64,000 nt of DNA. Source: Hypanus sabinus (Eukaryota). Shown here in pieces: positions 58,080 to 64,000 of this stretch. The notes under the pieces were generated by a model. That model was not told where the DNA came from. It did no database searches and was given only the letters and a program-made list of their open reading frames with translations. Each line of letters starts with the position of its first letter. Positions within the stretch are counted from its first letter, which is position 1. Where the stretch lies: positions 110,298,001 to 110,362,000 of the forward strand of contig NC_082706.1 in the NCBI RefSeq assembly GCF_030144855.1, in the 5' to 3' direction. The translations under genes and the position numbers were made by a program.

Positions 58080-59960
58080 ATTAAATTCCTAAATTCCTAC
58101 CTTCTATACTTAGGCTGTAACTCTTAGTTTTGGACTAGCCTACCAAAGGAACTTCCTTACTACATTTACTCTGTTCTGTCTGTCTAGATTTTCTAAGCTT
58201 CAATGAGTTCCTCTGTAATTTCTTGAAACTCTAGTGGATATAAGCTCAAACATCCCAATCCTTCATTCTCTGTCAGTCTTGGAATTTTTGGAATCACTCT
58301 AGTAAACCTCGTTGTATTCCCTCTATAGCAGGAGTTCCTAACCTTTTTTATGCCATGGACCAATACCATTAAGCAAGGGGTCCATGGATGCCAAGTTGGG
58401 AACCCCTGCCCTATAGCAAGAATATCCTTCCTCTGATGAGGACAAAATCACAATACTCAGGGTATAGTGTCATCAAAGCCAGACGCAGTTGATGAAAGAC
58501 ATTCCTGCTCCTGTACTCAAATCCTCCTGCTATGAAGAACAACATATCATATTCTTCCTTCAACAGCTGCTGCAAATGCATGCTTATTTTCATTTATTAG
58601 TGTACCATGACACCCAGTACATGTTGTACTTCTTCCTTGACTAATCTACCACTTTTTTGATAATAATCTGCTCCTTTGTTTTTTGCTATCAAAGTGGATT
58701 TTCTCTCAAGTCAAGTTCATTGCCATTTAGCTGTATCCATTTGTTTACATGTCGTCATATCTGTCAGACATTTGCCTGTCCAAACCGCACTCCAGCCTTT
58801 CGACATACTCATCAAAGCTCGAATCCCCACCCACATTTGTGTCATCACAAACCTGGAGATAATACATCTACATTTAATCCTCTCATCTTAATTTTTGGTG
58901 GATATTTTTAAAAGCTGCACTACCACATCATTCACTGTCTACCTTTTGGAAAAAGACCCATTTATACCTATGGATTACTTATTGTTTGCTAATCTGTTCT
59001 CTGCTTCTAATATCTTGGTCTCAAAATAACATGCTTTAATTTTGTACACCAATCTCTTAAAGTCCATATATCTATTCTTCCTCCCCTCCCTCCCCCCCCA
59101 TCCATTCAACCAAATGCATATTCAAGAAATGCCAGGAAACGTCAAGTACATCTTCCTTTTCATAAATGCATGCTGACTTTGAGAGTTGCTATCACTGTCT
59201 TCCAATACTCAGCTATTACAGAATTTTCCCACTACCAATGTCAGTGTAAATGTTCAATAATTCCATTTTCTTTCCTTCTTTATAAATAGTGATGTTATAT
59301 TAATTGCCCTCCAATCTACAGAAACTGATTCATTTTCAAATCTACTATTTCTATAGTCATTCCCTTAATCACCATGGGAATGTTCAATTCCATAGGGATT
59401 TATTGTCCTTCAATCCTTCCAGTTTCCTTCACTGCATTTCTCTACTAAAAATGCTTTCCTCAGTTCCTCCCCTCACAACATGCTAAATTTCCTCACGTTT
59501 CCTGTGGTTTCTTCATTTGTGAAAACAGAGCCAGAAAACCCTTCATTTTTCTCCTCTTCCCACCAACGCTCCTCATGTTCTGAGCAAGAATTGCTAACCC
59601 AATACATTGACGTTTCTCCTTGCATGGATATTGTTCGGTTAGTTGTGTTCTTTCAGCATTTGCTTTTATTTGTTTGGTTTGTGTGACATTTCTTTCCTGT
59701 TATAAATTCCCCTTCTGATTGCCTTCACAATTTCTGTTCCTCAGTGTACCTACATAATCTTTTACAGTCACGTTTTATGTTCTGTGTAAGCTTGTTTTCG
59801 TACTCTACCTTCCTCCTCTCAATTAATCCTTTGATGCTCCTTTTATTCAGTTCCCATCTGCTCCCTGTCCTCAGCTCTGTTGCTTTTTCAGGGCAGTTTA
59901 TACATTCTCTCTCTTGAATTCTGTACAAATCCAGTTGAAGTTCAACCATTCTGATCCTGC
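58080..59960 (-). mobile_element. Old CR1 LINE remnants
   Basis: FIAGGFEYRSRNV and KVEYENKLTQNIKRDCKRL fragments. Confidence 0.6.
58329..58408. mobile_element. 80-bp hAT (Charlie-like) MITE
   Basis: TIRs CAGGAGTTCCTAAC / GTTGGGAACCCCTG; 8-bp TSD CTCTATAG / CCCTATAG. Confidence 0.85.
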
Positions 59961-60167
59961 AGTGGCTGGTCCAACATTAACCCTTAAATATGATTTCTGA
60001 TCTCTCCCAACCCCGGTTTCATATTATTGTAATTTCCTTCACTTAGACTCAGAATTTTCAACATAAATCAACAACGTATGTTTCCATCTTAATGAAGTAT
60101 TCTTTCGTATGATGGTGCAAAGCCACCTCGAGAAAAGCTTTCAGATTGCTAATTCATCCATTTTCTG

Positions 60168-60402
60168 AGGGCAGCAGGATATCGTAGCAGTTGGCAAAAT
60201 GTATTACAGTACCAGTGACACAATTCCTGCTGCTCTCTGTAAGGAGTTTGTACATTCTCCCCATGAATGCATGGGGTTCCTTTGGATGTTCCAGTTTTCT
60301 AACACATTCCAAAGCTGTGCAGTGATTTGGTCACATGGATGTAATTTGGCAGCGCTTGCTCATTGGACTGGGAGGGCCTGTTACTATGCTGTATCTCTAA
60401 AT
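60168..60402 (+). mobile_element. V-SINE
   Basis: TGTAAGGAGTTTGTACATTCTCCC V-domain. Confidence 0.6.
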
Positions 60403-61149
60403 TACTCACTGACGAGTTTAGGATGGCCTGCTTGCTTTCTGATTGGTTCCTCTATCTATAGGCCTAGAAAAGCCACTATTATTTCTAATATGCTGTACGT
60501 GTGGATTCAAGAGGACCATGATTACTGACGTTACCTTTTGTAAGTGCCTCTAATTTTATATTTAATGTCATCCCCAGCATCACTACTGAGTCCCGATGAA
60601 TGGTCTCGGCCTGAAACATTGACTGTTTACTCTTTTCCACTGATGCTGCCTGACCTGCTGCGTTTCTCCAGCATCTTTTGTGCTTTGCTTAGACTTCCAG
60701 CATCTGCAGATTTTCTCGTGTTTGTGATTGGACGACCACTGTTTAAAGGTCCAAGTAAAATTCCCACTAGTACTTTCTGCCCCTTGGTATTTTTAGCTCT
60801 AGCCATACGGGTTTGATATGATCCAAATCAGTATCCTTCCAGTGTTGTGCTTTAACTCCTCTTTAACCAGCCAAGGTGCATTACTGCCTTTTCCTTTTTT
60901 TGCCTGAATTTCCTAAGTAGTAAACACCCTTTTATATTCTGCACAATTGTTTTGTTTTGTCATAAGCACAAGTGCATGTATGCGCAGGTGAAATGAAAAA
61001 CTGACTTGCAGCAGTTCTAATCCTAATTCAGCTCTAGCCATGTCTCTCTCTCTCTCTCTCTCTCTCCTAAATTCCAATTATTATACCCATTTTTGTTCAT
61101 AATTCATCCACATTATTGCAAATGCTCTGCACATTAAACACAAGGCCTG

Positions 61150-61545
61150 AGAATCAGAATCAGATTTATCGTCACTGACATATGTTGTGAAATTTGTTAT
61201 TTTGCTACAGCAGTGCAGTGCGAATTCATGAGAATTACTGTAAGTTAATAAATAAATGGTGCAAAAGGTGAATAACAAGGTAGTATTCATGGGCCATTCA
61301 GGAATCTGTTGGTAGAGGGAAGAAGCTGTTCTTAGATCTTGGACTGTGGGTCTTCAGGCTCCTGTACCAACCCCCCGATGTGAAGAGGGCATGCATCAGA
61401 AGATGAGGGTCTGTAATGATGGATGCCACCTTGATACCTCTTGGAGGTGGTGGGGCAGTATGTGCCAGTGATGGGACTGGTAGAACTACAACCCTCTGCA
61501 ACCTTTTTGTGATTCTGTGCACTGGAGACTCCATAGCAGACTGTG
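61150..61545 (-). mobile_element. Rex1/Babar-like 3' fragment
   Basis: KRLQRVV...KNSFFP; (GATTCT)n tail. Confidence 0.7.
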
Positions 61546-63659
61546 ATATAACTAATCAGATTGCTGTCCACTGTGGATTTGCACTTAAGACTTTTTGTCT
61601 GCTTGGCATCATTTTGCACTGTGTTCCACTTGATTTTCATCCTCCATTTCTGTCTTCCACTTGTGCTTTTACTCTCCTGTTCTTTGTTTTTCTTTCCTCT
61701 GCCTCAAATATCATAGGTTTCCTTTCTTCTGCCTTCTTGCCTAATCCCTTCTTGACAGCACAAGAAAACATTCCCCCAGGATGTTGGCCCTGTTTCTGCC
61801 CAAGTGCAAACTTTCCAACTTTTACTGGTCCAACCTTTCCAGAACTATGTCCCATTGTTGGAGGAGTCTGAGCCTCTGCACTTTACACAATTCCTCTAGC
61901 CACGTACTAAGCTGATGTTTCATCCTCTTTTTGCTAACTAGCATGTGGCACTAGTAGGGATCCTGAAAATACTACCTTTTTCTAGCTTTTAATTTACTTT
62001 GTTTCCTTAATTTCAGCTTGAAAAACCTCATCTTTTTTAACTGCCATTAGTATGGATATATACATAAAATTGACTGTTCACCCCCTCCCCTACAGAATGT
62101 CCTGCAGCCACTCATAACATCCTTGACCCTGCCACCAAAGTTACAACATACTATCTTAGAATCTTGCATCTGGCCACAGAAATTCCTGTTCTTCCTCTTT
62201 GCAGTTGACTATGCCATCTTAATCCCTGTAATTTTAGATGTCTTCTCACTGTCCTTTATACCATCAATATTAGTGTCATCTGCAAGCCTTGTGGATTGTG
62301 AGCTTGCTGCCTCGGATTCCTGGTAATCCTCGGATTTTTATATACTGTGCATTGACTATGGAATACATTTTGCAAACACATCCGAGACTAATCTTCTGCT
62401 CACTTTACTTTCTTTCATTCACTCATTCATATTTCTCTTACTTCTCCAAGGAAATCAGCTGTAAGTATTAGACCTGCTCAGTGTGGCATACTTAAAGATT
62501 TGTTGATGATTTCATCCCTTCTATTTGGAGATTGGATATAATATGGGCCTAAGTTTGTTTAGGCTCTTCAGATTTTCCATGAGTCATATTTTAAAATAAA
62601 CATTCCTGTGGAGTATAGTTTCTCCTTGTAAAGAATCCAGCATTAGAATAAAGCAACTGTATTGGGGGGGGGGGGGGGGGTAATTGTAGCTGAGGTCTCT
62701 TCACTTGCAACCGGAAAGACTAAATTTGCCATGTGAAGGGTGTGATCCTCAAGTTCAAGTTCACAAGCTTATTGTTATTCAACTGGATACATATGCACAG
62801 CCAAATGAAGTAATGTTCCTCCGGACTAAATGCACAATACTGTACATATAACACGTAAAGTAATATTACCATAAGTTAACAGATAATAAAATAAGTTTTA
62901 TTCTCCATGTGCTCATCAAAATGTATTTCAGGTCAGGTCTATTGGCATCTACCTGTATATATGTGTATATTTCACATATATAACCATATAATGTATACAG
63001 AAACGAGATGTTTCTCTTTTAAAGCACTGCAGTACACATAACCCACATACCTTATCATAGCTTATAAAGGTAAGGATAAAATCTACATAGGAATCACACC
63101 TAAATACTAAAGTGTATTTGAGTTTTCCATTGAACCAGCTAGTGAATAGAAACATTTTTGAAGGTTTTCGTTGCTCCCTTCCTCTCTAGCTCCTTTTGTT
63201 CTCACTCACATGATTGTGGCATGCAAGCCTTTCATCCTTTTCTTCAAAGAACAAGAATTGTAAGTTGTATATTGTATACATTCTCTGATATAAAATGGAA
63301 CAAGTGAATTAAGATGATAGAGAACAGAATACATAAGAATTTGCAGGACCTTTGAAAAAGGCAAATATGTAAAGGAAAAGAATTTGATTAGTGGAGCTAA
63401 TATTGGCACTAGTGGAATGGTGGGAGTGGAAGGTATGAGTGGCAGATAAAGTGAAGATGTGGGGCTCTCAACAAATCAGAGGCCAAAGTAAAGGTTCTTT
63501 GTCAAAAGTAAAGTTAACTTGCAGTCAGACTGTCAGGAAGGGCGGGTAGTGATGGGACTTTGCAGCCAACAGGCTGAGTTTTAAAATATCAGGGATGCAG
63601 AATGAGAAAGGATGGCAAATAATGGTACTCAAGGTGTTATACCTGAATGTGTGTAGTAT

Positions 63660-64000
63660 AAGGAAGGGTAAGACAAAGGAAAACATGCCAATCCTTATAG
63701 AGGGATCAGAAGTGGAGAGAGTGAGCAGCTTGAAGTTCCTGGATGTCCAGGTTTCTGAGGATCTAACCTGGTCCCAACATATTGATGTAGTCATAAAGAA
63801 GGCAAGGCAGCGGCTATACTTCATTCGGAGTTTGAAGAGGTTTGGCATATCAACAAATACACAAAAAAACTTCTATAGTTGTATCGTGGAGAGCATTCTG
63901 ACAGGATGTATCACTGTCTAGTATGGAGGGGCTACTGCACAGGACTGAAAGAAGCTGCAGAGGGTTGTAAATCTAGTCAGCTCTGTCTTGGGCACTAGCC
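63660..64000 (+). mobile_element. Rex1/Babar-like LINE fragment inserted in a CR1 remnant
   Basis: EVERVSSLKFL...KARQRLYFIRSLKRFG...ESILTGCITV, preceded by the CR1 ORF2 start LKVLYLNVCSIR. Confidence 0.85.

Noticed and set aside
61416-61871. 151-aa ORF
   Set aside because: It reads through the antisense of a Rex1 fragment and a pyrimidine-rich decayed repeat, with no gene signals.

Overview
Vertebrate genomic DNA, most likely a cartilaginous fish (ray or shark). That attribution is inferred from the repeat landscape of CR1, Rex1/Babar, L1, Penelope-like elements and V-SINEs. Most of the window is decayed transposable element sequence, with one 226-N gap. Two host genes lie head-to-head. (1) On the + strand are the first two coding exons of ELP6 (48366-48419, 56556-56634) behind a CpG/CCAAT promoter. 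(2) On the - strand is a complete four-exon gene that the ORF track does not assemble (43039-42863, 35182-35072, 34231-34145, 28654-28565; all introns GT-AG, phase 0; AATAAA downstream). It encodes a 154-aa secreted cathelicidin/NGP-like cystatin-fold protein. Unusually, its cathelin-like domain is strongly cationic and its exon-4 tail is Ser/Thr-rich and slightly acidic, the reverse of classical cathelicidins. Also present are minimal hammerhead-ribozyme motifs in Penelope-derived palindromes, TSD-flanked L1s and solo LTRs, and Tigger, Tc1 and hAT elements. Exon, TSD and motif coordinates were read base by base. Boundaries of old repeats are approximate. Family assignments come from recalled motifs, not database searches.
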